64,000 nucleotides of DNA from a virus (Duplodnaviria > Caudoviricetes), in the IMG/VR virus record IMGVR_UViG_3300014204_007089, positions 32,001 to 96,000 of that record. One strand, written 5' to 3'. Below, piece by piece: positions 21,964-31,500 of this stretch. The notes under the pieces were generated by a model, which was not told the origin of the DNA, made no database searches, and saw only the letters and a list, made by a program, of their open reading frames with translations. A program made the translations under genes and the position numbers. Numbering within the stretch: the stretch's first letter is position 1; every line of letters starts with the position of its first letter.

Positions 21964-23484
21964 TTACAAAATAATACCAGAAAGTTGTTCAATTGAACTT
22001 GTAGGTCTTGAAACTTGTGTGGTTTTTTGAGCTTCTAATTGTTTTTTAACTAATTCATCTTTTATCTTAGTAATTAAAATTGATAAACTTCCATTTATGG
22101 CCCCTAACGCTGTATTAAATTGATTATAATCACTAAGATCAAATCCTGCACCAAAAAATGGCTGAACTATATTCCCAAGTTTACCCCATATAGATTCTAA
22201 ATTCTTTAAAGCACCAGAAACTTCATTTCCTTTATATAAAATATTTTCTGATGCAGATATAAAACTTTCCATTTTCTCTATTAAAGAAATATCATTTTCA
22301 TTAACTGTTGATTTGATCATTTGATCAATTAATAATATTACAGTTTTTAAACTCTTGTCATAATCTTCAAATGTTTTTGTATAATCACCAAAACCATCTT
22401 TCCTTTGATCAGTAATTAATTCTGACATATCAGATAACCATTCTTTTACCTCATTAATTTCTGCACTGTGATTATGTAAGACAGACAAAATCATACTAGC
22501 AAACATCGCACCACCAACAATAGCTCCAATAGGTAGTATTGCTTTTTTTATAATTGTATTATGATAATATGTTGAATAAGAAAAAATTATATCAATATTA
22601 TTACTACTTGTTTTTTCTAATTCTATTGTGTAATTTCTAATTTCATTAACATTAAGAACAAAACCTGTAAGTAAAGAAATTAAATTATTATATTGTTCTT
22701 TATTAACTATTAAAGATTCAATCTTTATTTGATTTTCAAATAAAACATTAATAGAATCTTCAGCTACCTGTACAGCGGTTGTATAACTTGATAAACTTGA
22801 AGGATTATCTAAATCAACATTTAATTTTAATACATTAATTAAATTATTTTGAACATTAGTAAAAAGAGATATCACTGTATTATCTTGAAGTGTTTGTTTA
22901 ATATCTTCAATTAATTTTATTGCTTCATTTATATTTATTCCAACTTGAGTAGAATTATTAATAGAATCTGCAATCTTTTTTGTATCTTCTAATTTTCCAG
23001 AAACTTTTTTACCAGAAAATAAATTATATAATATTCCAATAGAAACAGCAACAATAATACCTTTTTTATAATTTGTATTAACTAATGGATTTGTAAATAA
23101 AACCTTAAGATTAGCTATTACATTTGATATGGAAATTTTACCTATATTTTTTGTACTAGTTATTGATTTGCTAAATGTTTTATAAACTTCATTAAATCTT
23201 TTTATTCTATCAATTCTGTTTTGCTTATATTGTTTTATTTTAGCATTAGTTAGTAATTTAACTTGTTCTGATATTGGTAATTTTTCAAAACCAACAGGAT
23301 ATGATAATGGCTTCCCTCGTCTATCTACTAAAAGTTCTAAATTAGAAGGTGTAGCATGTGGTACTTTTAATGGTTCTAATATTGGTGGTTTTATTGATGG
23401 TCTTGTTCTAAAAATATTTCTTGACCCTTTACCACCAACCTGTTTGGCAAATCCAATAGCATATTTTTCCAATAACTTATCCAT
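21964..23484 (-). CDS. Hypothetical helical protein with two hydrophobic segments (possible internal virion protein)
   Basis: 506 aa ORF; preceded by the candidate late promoter motif. Confidence 0.45.
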   Translation of the reverse strand: MDKLLEKYAIGFAKQVGGKGSRNIFRTRPSIKPPILEPLKVPHATPSNLELLVDRRGKPLSYPVGFEKLPISEQVKLLTNAKIKQYKQNRIDRIKRFNEVYKTFSKSITSTKNIGKISISNVIANLKVLFTNPLVNTNYKKGIIVAVSIGILYNLFSGKKVSGKLEDTKKIADSINNSTQVGININEAIKLIEDIKQTLQDNTVISLFTNVQNNLINVLKLNVDLDNPSSLSSYTTAVQVAEDSINVLFENQIKIESLIVNKEQYNNLISLLTGFVLNVNEIRNYTIELEKTSSNNIDIIFSYSTYYHNTIIKKAILPIGAIVGGAMFASMILSVLHNHSAEINEVKEWLSDMSELITDQRKDGFGDYTKTFEDYDKSLKTVILLIDQMIKSTVNENDISLIEKMESFISASENILYKGNEVSGALKNLESIWGKLGNIVQPFFGAGFDLSDYNQFNTALGAINGSLSILITKIKDELVKKQLEAQKTTQVSRPTSSIEQLSGIIL

Positions 23485-23561
23485 AGTACCTTACAAAAAT
23501 ATGCACTGAAAACCACTGTTCTTCAGTTACATCATCTTCTTCTTGTTCTTCTTTGTTTTAA

Positions 23562-23611
23562 CCTTTTTCAACAAGAAGCCCTTACCTTTAGGTTAGGGTA
23601 GGGTAGTTCAC
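23562..23611 (+). mobile_element. 50-bp minimal IS200/IS605-derived element (left end fused to right end through one hairpin)
   Basis: TTTAA|CCTTTTTCAACAAGAAGCCCTTACCTTTAGG...GGGTAGTTCAC; same ends and target as the 262-310 bp copies. Confidence 0.8.
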
Positions 23612-24713
23612 CTACTTCTTCTTTGTCTAAAACTCCGATAGCTTTGTTATATTCATTCTTAGAAACTCCCAAATAACTTACCCACCATGAAATAGCAGCA
23701 GGTGTGCAATTATATTTTTTAGCTACAGATTTCCCAGAACCTAATTCTTTCAATTTTTCTAATAAAATTTCTTTGGTAAAACCTAAAGTATTAACTCTAG
23801 ATTTTCTGTTTCTAACACCAATAACCCTATATTCTTTTGCCTTCTTTGCAATTTCTTCTTTTCTTGGTAAAAATATAGTAGCTTCTTTATAAAGAAAATC
23901 ATACATCTTTGATATTATTATATTCCCATTATATCTTAAATTATCAAAAGCTAAATATTTCTTACCATCTTTATATTTTAATTCACTACGCTCTGTATTT
24001 TTATTACAAATATTATTAATCAATAATACTTCATGAAAAACTTCTAAAAACTCTTTCGTTCCTTTCATTGCAAATGAAATATGAGGGTCTTGCCCTTTAT
24101 TTTTACCAATTGAAAAACAACCATCCCCATCAATATAACCTCTCATGTAATGATAAACTAATGGATGATTTTTTAACCATTCTGGAAAACGCATTATATA
24201 GGTTTTATTTTCAACAACACTAAAACGTTCTAAATCTTTGTAACATTTTTCAGAATGAAAAATAAAAGAATAAGCTTCTGTATTTGATATTTTGTAATTA
24301 TTGCATATATAACCACTACGTTTTATATATTGTAAAGGAGAATTACATTTCAATATAGATTTTATATTATTCAAATGATTTATATCTTTAGAAGAAAGTT
24401 GCAAACCAATACCATAACTACTACTCTTTCTAGTTTTCCATCCATCAGCTGCTAAAAATCCAGCTACGTAAAAACTTTTTTCAGTATCACTAGAAAAAAA
24501 CTCATGATCAACTTCATATTTTCTTCCTTTTTGACAACCACATTTTGGACACCAACGACCTTCTATAATATGTCTTGGTTCAGCTATCCAAACATGTCCA
24601 CAAAAACATTGAAATTCTATTTTTGTTTTACCATTTATATATTCTTTAGACAAACATTTACCATTCTTTTTCAATGCCAAATCTTGAAAATATTCTATTG
24701 TATATTTTTTCAT
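23568..24713 (-). CDS. Free-standing LAGLIDADG homing endonuclease with Zn-ribbon N-terminus; C-terminus recoded by the mini-element
   Basis: YVAGFLAADG and YMRGYIDGDG motifs; N-terminal CFCGH...WCPKC. Confidence 0.85.
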   Translation of the reverse strand: MKKYTIEYFQDLALKKNGKCLSKEYINGKTKIEFQCFCGHVWIAEPRHIIEGRWCPKCGCQKGRKYEVDHEFFSSDTEKSFYVAGFLAADGWKTRKSSSYGIGLQLSSKDINHLNNIKSILKCNSPLQYIKRSGYICNNYKISNTEAYSFIFHSEKCYKDLERFSVVENKTYIMRFPEWLKNHPLVYHYMRGYIDGDGCFSIGKNKGQDPHISFAMKGTKEFLEVFHEVLLINNICNKNTERSELKYKDGKKYLAFDNLRYNGNIIISKMYDFLYKEATIFLPRKEEIAKKAKEYRVIGVRNRKSRVNTLGFTKEILLEKLKELGSGKSVAKKYNCTPAAISWWVSYLGVSKNEYNKAIGVLDKEEVGELPYPNLKVRASC

Positions 24714-24744
24714 ATATTCCTTTTAAAAAAAAAATATATCAAGA

Positions 24745-25644
24745 TTAAAATATTTGTCTTTGTCGTAATGTTCTAAGCCTTCTAATTTGAGGTGAAGCAC
24801 CAGCAGTAAAGCTAAGAGAACCCAGTCCTAACGGTGAGCTTCTCATATTAATTTTAATCAATTTTACTTTTTCATACCAATTAGTCATTTCGTTAGTATA
24901 TTGCGTATTTAACAAATCCGATATTGTTGGAGGAGTGAACCCAATGCCATTATCTTGTACGTTAAATTCTCGTCCTCTTTCGATTAAAGCTTGAGCACCT
25001 AGAGCTAGATATAAAGCACCTTGAACCAAAACATCATGGAACTGTTCAATGATTGGAGTATCTTCAAATGTAAAGAATGTAAAATGTGGTATTTCATTAA
25101 ATTCTGAAAGTGATTGACAAATAAAAGCCACAAGTTCATCTACAGTATACACATCACAATCTTTATATACCACATTGCCATATTCATCAGTTTTTCTTGA
25201 TTTACCACTACTTTTTAATCTTGCACGTAATGATTTTAGTACATTATTTATATTAAAAATAGCATTTTGTGAAAAACAAAAACCAGGGTCATCTCCTAGA
25301 TGTGTATTTCCATCAGTATTAACACCTGGCAATTGAGAATTAAAAGTAGTAAATGTAAACTCTCCTATAACTTCATAACCTGCAAGGATACCTCTCCATA
25401 CATCTCTCCAAGTACCAATTGGAGGATAAATTCCTATACTATAATTAAAGCTATATTGACCAGCACCTATTCTAGTAACACCAATACTAGTAGGTCCAAC
25501 AACTACAGCGCCATTAGGTTGAATTACAGTAACACGTGGAAATTGATCTAGATCAGTTTCTTCTCCTTCAGGGCCGGTAAATCTAGCACTAAGAGCAACA
25601 GTATCACCTGGCTGAATAATTTCTGATCTTGGAAGAATGGACAT
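24745..25644 (-). CDS. Head-tail adaptor / neck-like virion protein with Ig-like N-terminus
   Basis: 299 aa; strong RBS (AGGAG); helical C-terminal half resembling adaptor proteins. Confidence 0.45.
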   Translation of the reverse strand: MSILPRSEIIQPGDTVALSARFTGPEGEETDLDQFPRVTVIQPNGAVVVGPTSIGVTRIGAGQYSFNYSIGIYPPIGTWRDVWRGILAGYEVIGEFTFTTFNSQLPGVNTDGNTHLGDDPGFCFSQNAIFNINNVLKSLRARLKSSGKSRKTDEYGNVVYKDCDVYTVDELVAFICQSLSEFNEIPHFTFFTFEDTPIIEQFHDVLVQGALYLALGAQALIERGREFNVQDNGIGFTPPTISDLLNTQYTNEMTNWYEKVKLIKINMRSSPLGLGSLSFTAGASPQIRRLRTLRQRQIF

Positions 25645-25714
25645 ATTAAACTCCTATTAATAATATACAAATTAATTAGCCTTTAAATTTGCATAATAAT
25701 TATTTTACCAAAGA

Positions 25715-26098
25715 TTAAATAGGTGAAACGGATGAATTTCCAAAAGGTCTTGCAACATTAATTGCAAAAGAATCCCATTGTGGTTGGCCATTATTTTCCC
25801 AATACACATTAGCTACATAAGTACCTAAAGCAGTAATACCTGTAGGTATTAATAATCCATGAATATATAAACCTGAAACATATCCATCACCATCTACACC
25901 TGGAACATATCCATCGCCAGTTATGTAAACTTGAGTCATATGTCTTGGATAACCAACAGCCACACTAAAATCTGGAAATATTATATTTTGTACAACTGGA
26001 ATATAGCCATCAATTCTATAACCATCAATATCAAGTGTTTGAATAACCAAACGAACTAATTGTCCAGTATTAGCGAATATATATTTTGTAGATCCCAT
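25715..26098 (-). CDS. Small beta-rich virion-associated protein with 4 DGY motifs
   Basis: 127 aa; Ig-like pattern ending GTYVANVYW; candidate late promoter 6 nt upstream. Confidence 0.5.
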   Translation of the reverse strand: MGSTKYIFANTGQLVRLVIQTLDIDGYRIDGYIPVVQNIIFPDFSVAVGYPRHMTQVYITGDGYVPGVDGDGYVSGLYIHGLLIPTGITALGTYVANVYWENNGQPQWDSFAINVARPFGNSSVSPI

Positions 26099-26112
26099 GT
26101 ACTTATGCTATA

Positions 26113-26571
26113 TTATTCATCATCATGTATTTTAAATTTCGGATCAACTGGCAATACAGGTGCTCTATCTGCAAATTCAAAATCTGCATTTTCAGCTGCA
26201 AATTCTTCTTGAGATGATTCTTCAACATCCAAATCTGGATAATTTGGCACTTCAATTTCAGCGCGTTTTCTAGCAAATCTAGAAGATTGGAGAGATGTAG
26301 TATTAGCTATATCTATTTTAATATTAAAAATAACAGGTGGAACTTTTCTAATTCTAATAATATCTCTTCTTGTATAAATAGATCCTGTGTTTATACTTTT
26401 TTCTATTTGTTCTTTGGTAATATTATATTTTAATCTTCCATGTATAGTTGTACCAAGTAAATTAATGCTTTTACCACTTTTAATAGTAATACAAAGATCG
26501 GATATATTAACATCTTTTATTCTAGAAATATTAGTTATCCATAATTCTTCTGGTTTTTTATATACCACCAA
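26113..26571 (-). CDS. Hypothetical protein
   Basis: 152 aa ORF in the operon. Confidence 0.5.
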   Translation of the reverse strand: MVVYKKPEELWITNISRIKDVNISDLCITIKSGKSINLLGTTIHGRLKYNITKEQIEKSINTGSIYTRRDIIRIRKVPPVIFNIKIDIANTTSLQSSRFARKRAEIEVPNYPDLDVEESSQEEFAAENADFEFADRAPVLPVDPKFKIHDDE

Positions 26572-26794
26572 TACCTTCTGAAATTATAACAACGTCTACA
26601 GCTTTTAATTGTTTATAATTATTTAAACCAATAGAAAAAGCAACTTCTTGATCTTTTTTTAATGTTTTAAAACCTTCACATACTATATCTGACCAATAAA
26701 CAAATAAATCTGTTTCTCCTTCACGAGAAATAAAACCAAATCCAAGTTTAGGATTAAACCATATTACTTTGCCAATATATTTTTCTTCTTCCAT
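26558..26794 (-). CDS. Cold-shock domain protein
   Basis: GKVIWFNPKLGFGFI and DLFVYWSDI...GFKTL (RNP1/RNP2). Confidence 0.9.
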   Translation of the reverse strand: MEEEKYIGKVIWFNPKLGFGFISREGETDLFVYWSDIVCEGFKTLKKDQEVAFSIGLNNYKQLKAVDVVIISEGIGGI

Positions 26795-26828
26795 ATTAAC
26801 TTCCTATAAAATGAATAACTAATTATGC

Positions 26829-27122
26829 CTAATCCAAATTAACTAATGATTTACTAGCGTTAATAGCTTCTTTATAAGAAGTGTTTTCTGGAATAATTTC
26901 AATATGATCTACTACTAAATTTCCAACACATCCAATAGTTTTATGAATTTCTGCAATACCAAGAGCGGCAATACATTTACGTTGCTCTTCGTTTTTTGCA
27001 CCTTTAACAGCATCTTGAAATTTTACAATAATATTTTTAACCTTTTCTTCAACTCCTTGTTCTCTAGCTAATTTAAGAATTGATTCGATAGTTTCTTTTT
27101 CTGTCATTTTTCTTCTTTTCAT
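26829..27122 (-). CDS. Hypothetical protein
   Basis: 97 aa ORF in the operon. Confidence 0.5.
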   Translation of the reverse strand: MKRRKMTEKETIESILKLAREQGVEEKVKNIIVKFQDAVKGAKNEEQRKCIAALGIAEIHKTIGCVGNLVVDHIEIIPENTSYKEAINASKSLVNLD

Positions 27123-27123
27123 A

Positions 27124-27438
27124 TTAAACCTTTTTATAATAAATTTCTTGTATACCCGGAATATTACTTATACCATTTTTTTCATATACAACTATTCTTT
27201 GATATGGTAAATTAGTAGATGGTAATATTCCAAAAATCTTAATTTTTTCTTCATGAACTTTATTGTGACAATTTGCACATATTACACATACATTAGTCCA
27301 ATCATCCTTACATTCATCATCTGTTCTTGGTATTATATGATGATATTGTAATGTAGATTTATCTAATTCATTGCAAATTTCACAAAAGAATTTTTTAGGT
27401 TTTTTAGTACCATTTCCTTTTTTAACATATCTACCCAT
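27124..27438 (-). CDS. Small HNH endonuclease
   Basis: CEIC...HHIIP...N...CANCHNKVH. Confidence 0.85.
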   Translation of the reverse strand: MGRYVKKGNGTKKPKKFFCEICNELDKSTLQYHHIIPRTDDECKDDWTNVCVICANCHNKVHEEKIKIFGILPSTNLPYQRIVVYEKNGISNIPGIQEIYYKKV

Positions 27439-27451
27439 GATTATTAATATA

Positions 27452-28528
27452 TCAATGTTTTGGAATATATTTTTTTAATGCTTTTAAAACATATTTAGCT
27501 TCTTCTTCGCCATAATTTCCCCATTGAGAAATTCTAATATAATCATGTGCTAAACCACCTTCACCTAAAGCAGACATTATAGGACTAGAAGCTGTATGCA
27601 TAGCTCCACAAGCAGATCCAAGACCTATAAAAATACCATCTGATTCTAATTGAGACATTAGATATGGACCTGCTTTTTTACCAATTTTTATAAATGATGT
27701 ATAAGGTATTTTATTATAATTTTTAGCAATAACTTTTAATCCAAATTCCTCAAGTCCATTTTCTAATACTGAACTAAAACATATAGCTTTTTCATAACGA
27801 AATAATATAGTTTTAATAGCTTCTTCTAATGCTACAGCGGATGCTAATATCAATCCAGCATCAGGTGTTCCAGAACGATCTAAATAATACCTACTTCCAG
27901 ATCCAAATTCTTTCCACCAATCAGTATCTTGCACATATAAAATTCCAACTCCAACTGGACCACCAAATTTATGAGCACCAAATGTTGCTAATTTAAGATT
28001 ATTTATATTAGATACTTTAATAGGAATTTTTCCCAATGCCTGACTCATATCACTGAAAAATGGAACTTTTATATCTGATATTTTTTGAATAGTTCCAATT
28101 TCATTATTAACATAAATACAAATCATTGAAGAATTAGGTTCTGGATTAAAAGTACAATTAATTTCACCATTTTTAGATACAATTAATATATTATTACCAA
28201 ATAATTCTGTAGATTTTATTGATACCGCTGGATGTTCAATTGTTGAATAATAGACTTTATTATAATTTCTAGATTTTAGAATTTCCAAAGCCCATTCACA
28301 AGCTTGAGTACATGTAGATGTAAAAATTATTTGATTAGAATTTTTAGCTCCAATAAGTTTTGCTATTTTTTCTCTCGATTCTTCGATTATAGAAGCTGCT
28401 TCTCGTCCAGGACGAGATGAAGCCATAGCGTTTCCATGCCCTGCTATTGATTTATTAAATTGAACAAAAGCATCAATAGCTTTTGGATGAATTGGTAAAT
28501 GAGCATTTGCATCTAAAAATAATTGCAT
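27452..28528 (-). CDS. Cysteine desulfurase (IscS/NifS family, PLP-dependent)
   Basis: FLDANA, IEHPAV, VNNEIGTIQ, D.SQALGK, AHKFGGP (PLP Lys), GSAC (catalytic Cys). Confidence 0.9.
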   Translation of the reverse strand: MQLFLDANAHLPIHPKAIDAFVQFNKSIAGHGNAMASSRPGREAASIIEESREKIAKLIGAKNSNQIIFTSTCTQACEWALEILKSRNYNKVYYSTIEHPAVSIKSTELFGNNILIVSKNGEINCTFNPEPNSSMICIYVNNEIGTIQKISDIKVPFFSDMSQALGKIPIKVSNINNLKLATFGAHKFGGPVGVGILYVQDTDWWKEFGSGSRYYLDRSGTPDAGLILASAVALEEAIKTILFRYEKAICFSSVLENGLEEFGLKVIAKNYNKIPYTSFIKIGKKAGPYLMSQLESDGIFIGLGSACGAMHTASSPIMSALGEGGLAHDYIRISQWGNYGEEEAKYVLKALKKYIPKH

Positions 28529-28595
28529 ACAATCTTATATATCTAAAATATTTAAAATAATGTATAATATTCACTTATAAAATATATTAAACATT

Positions 28596-31500
28596 TTACA
28601 ACCAAGAAGATCCTCTTAATACTATCCAATTTGTACCATCAAATAATAATTCAACTGATCCTTTAGAATCTAACGTATATATTAGTGTAGTATCTGCTCT
28701 TTTTATATAGGCATGATAAGATACGCCAGAATCGTCACGAAGAATTTCAATTAAATCTCCTTTAATAGCATCTATTGCAGAAAGCGTTATTGAATGATGA
28801 TTTGTATATGTTGTAGTTGTACGCGCTCTACGAGTTGCATAACCAATTCCAGCATCTGAATCTGGAAGATTATATATATCTGCACTAGGTGCTGGTTGAG
28901 AAATCCATTCTGGTACGGCATAAGTAGACCAACAAATCCATTCACAAGAACCATCTGTTGTGATAGTTCCGAGAGTTGTATTCCATGTTGGTTCAACAGA
29001 TCCTGATGTTCCTCCAGTTATTATTGCAAAAATATGTGTATTGATAGTATTTCTTATAACGTTAGATGAAGCAGCTCCATAAGCTTGATTATTTGTCCAA
29101 TATCCATCATTAAGAGGTACACAATATCCTCCAGTTGTTTTATTTTTTATAGCCAACCTAGATGGATTAGACCATAATAATAAATCTCCAGCCTGATAGC
29201 AACCAGTTGTTGGTACACCACTTACAACACTAAGTAGTGATTTACCTACTCCTAAATGAAATTTATCAACTTGAAACATATCACCTTGAGCACTTCCTTG
29301 TTCAATTTGATATGCTATTTTATATTGAGAATATTGTCTAGAACCCATACTCCAAATTCTTGTCGTATAATTAAATAAAAATCGTAAATGACCACGTAGT
29401 TGAGATGCTCCATCAGATTGTGTATATGTTTCAAAAGCACAATAATCAGTTCCTGGCCATGACATCACCGAAGTTAATGGATGAGTACATGTTGGATTAT
29501 AATTTACCATACCATAATTAAAACCATTACTACTTGGCAATGGTGACCATTTCATAGTTCCTTTAATTAATGTACCTGCTCCAATTACCCCACCACTACC
29601 ATGAGAAGGTGAATATAAATAATGATCAGGTGCTGCAGATGCAACATCTTCCCAATAGCAACCATCAAAACGAGAACATGATTGTACTCCTGTTAATGAA
29701 TTTTGAGGTCCTCTATAATTAGACTCCCAAAAACAATTCATAAAACGCGAACCATAAAATCCAAGATCTACAAGACCAGCTCCACAAACGCCTACAAAAG
29801 CATTATTAAATGTAGCAATACTAGCATCATAACCTTCTATATAAATACCACCACCACATTCATAAGCTGAAATATTATCAAATATAGCACCATCTGTATT
29901 TGTTCCAGTTCCACTACTTTTACCATTTAAAAACCAAGCCCATCCTGAAGAAAATGTAACACATACATGATTAGCTGACATTTGTGCTGATGTTAAAATA
30001 CCAGCACCCCAAATAACAGGCATCCATTCAGCTGTTAAACTTATTCCATTATCAAGTGTAATCGAATTATGAATTTTACTCCATATTGGTTCTGTTAATC
30101 CTGAAGTTCCACTACTTCCAATCCTATATCTAAAACCAGTTTCATACCCATCAGAAGGTACAACATATCTACCGCTTACTAAATCTCCACCAGGAGTCCA
30201 TAATTTCACTGTTGCATATGTATTATGAACTGAGTTTGCAACAATTTCTGTTCCAGCAACTTCAAAAGCTCCAGGTATTAATGGTGCTTTAACACCATCA
30301 ATATATAATTTATTATAAGCTATTAAACCAAAATGTTCTAATATTGATTGAGCTGCTGTAATTGTTTTATAATTAGCACAAGTCCATACAACACTTCCAT
30401 CTGTAATTGTTGTACCAACTGTATATGTAAAAGTAGGATATGTTGTTCCAGTTATACCAGGCGTAGTACATTCCCAAATATATGTTAAATTATTCCAATA
30501 TCTTGCTGGTCTTAACGAATCCCCAAGTTTTACAGGAACACCAGGTGTCCATTGAGGACAATCTCTATTATGATCTATAGATAATCCATAAAGAGAATCT
30601 ATAGGTCTAATTTGTGATATTGGAATATTCCAGTTACCACCATGTCCACGAATTGAAGATGTTTTCATTACATGTATATCATCCCAAATTAAAAATTCAC
30701 CACGTGGAATTTCAATATCTCCTCCAAGATATATTGGAGAATTTGGCATTTTTGGAAAAGAATCAAGAGCATCTGTAATAGCAGACCAATTATCATTATA
30801 TACATTTAAACTAGAAACTGTAGTTCTAGCAGGTGTATTAATTATAAGATTTGTTGTTCCACCACCTGAAATAATACGTGTTCTTAAATAGTTTGATTGT
30901 GATGATACAGGTTCTGTTAATGGAAACATTGGTAATGTAGAAATGGCTGTTTCAGAATCAATAACTACTACAGGTCTATGTGATCCAGTAGCATTTGAAT
31001 AACTTAATGTTATTTGTCCAGGAATAACTTTTCTAAGTGTAAAACTTCCAACTCCACCTCTTCTTACATAAATTAAATACCATGTTGCACCTGGAATAAT
31101 TTCTGGCCAAACTCCTAACCAATTTGTTTTAGTAAATGCCGCTGCGGCATTTACTATAGTAGTAGCAGATGATGCTACTGTATAGCCTCTATGACGAGTT
31201 GCTGCTACTACTTTAACTTCTACTGTTGATGCTCCTGTAGTGCCTTGTTGAAAAACTTCTGGAGCATTAGGTGTTTTTAATCCATGTGCAGATCCTGCAC
31301 CTTGAATAACTATTCCATAATTATTTAATAATTCAGAACCATCTGCAACAATTAAAGTAGAAGATCCATTATTAATAGATCCTGTAGTAGAAATATAATG
31401 ATCAGAAGCAGAATAAGGATAATCTGTAATAACAACAGTATCATTACGTTTAAAATGTCTTTGACCATCATTTTCAATACTACTAGATAAAGATGATTCA

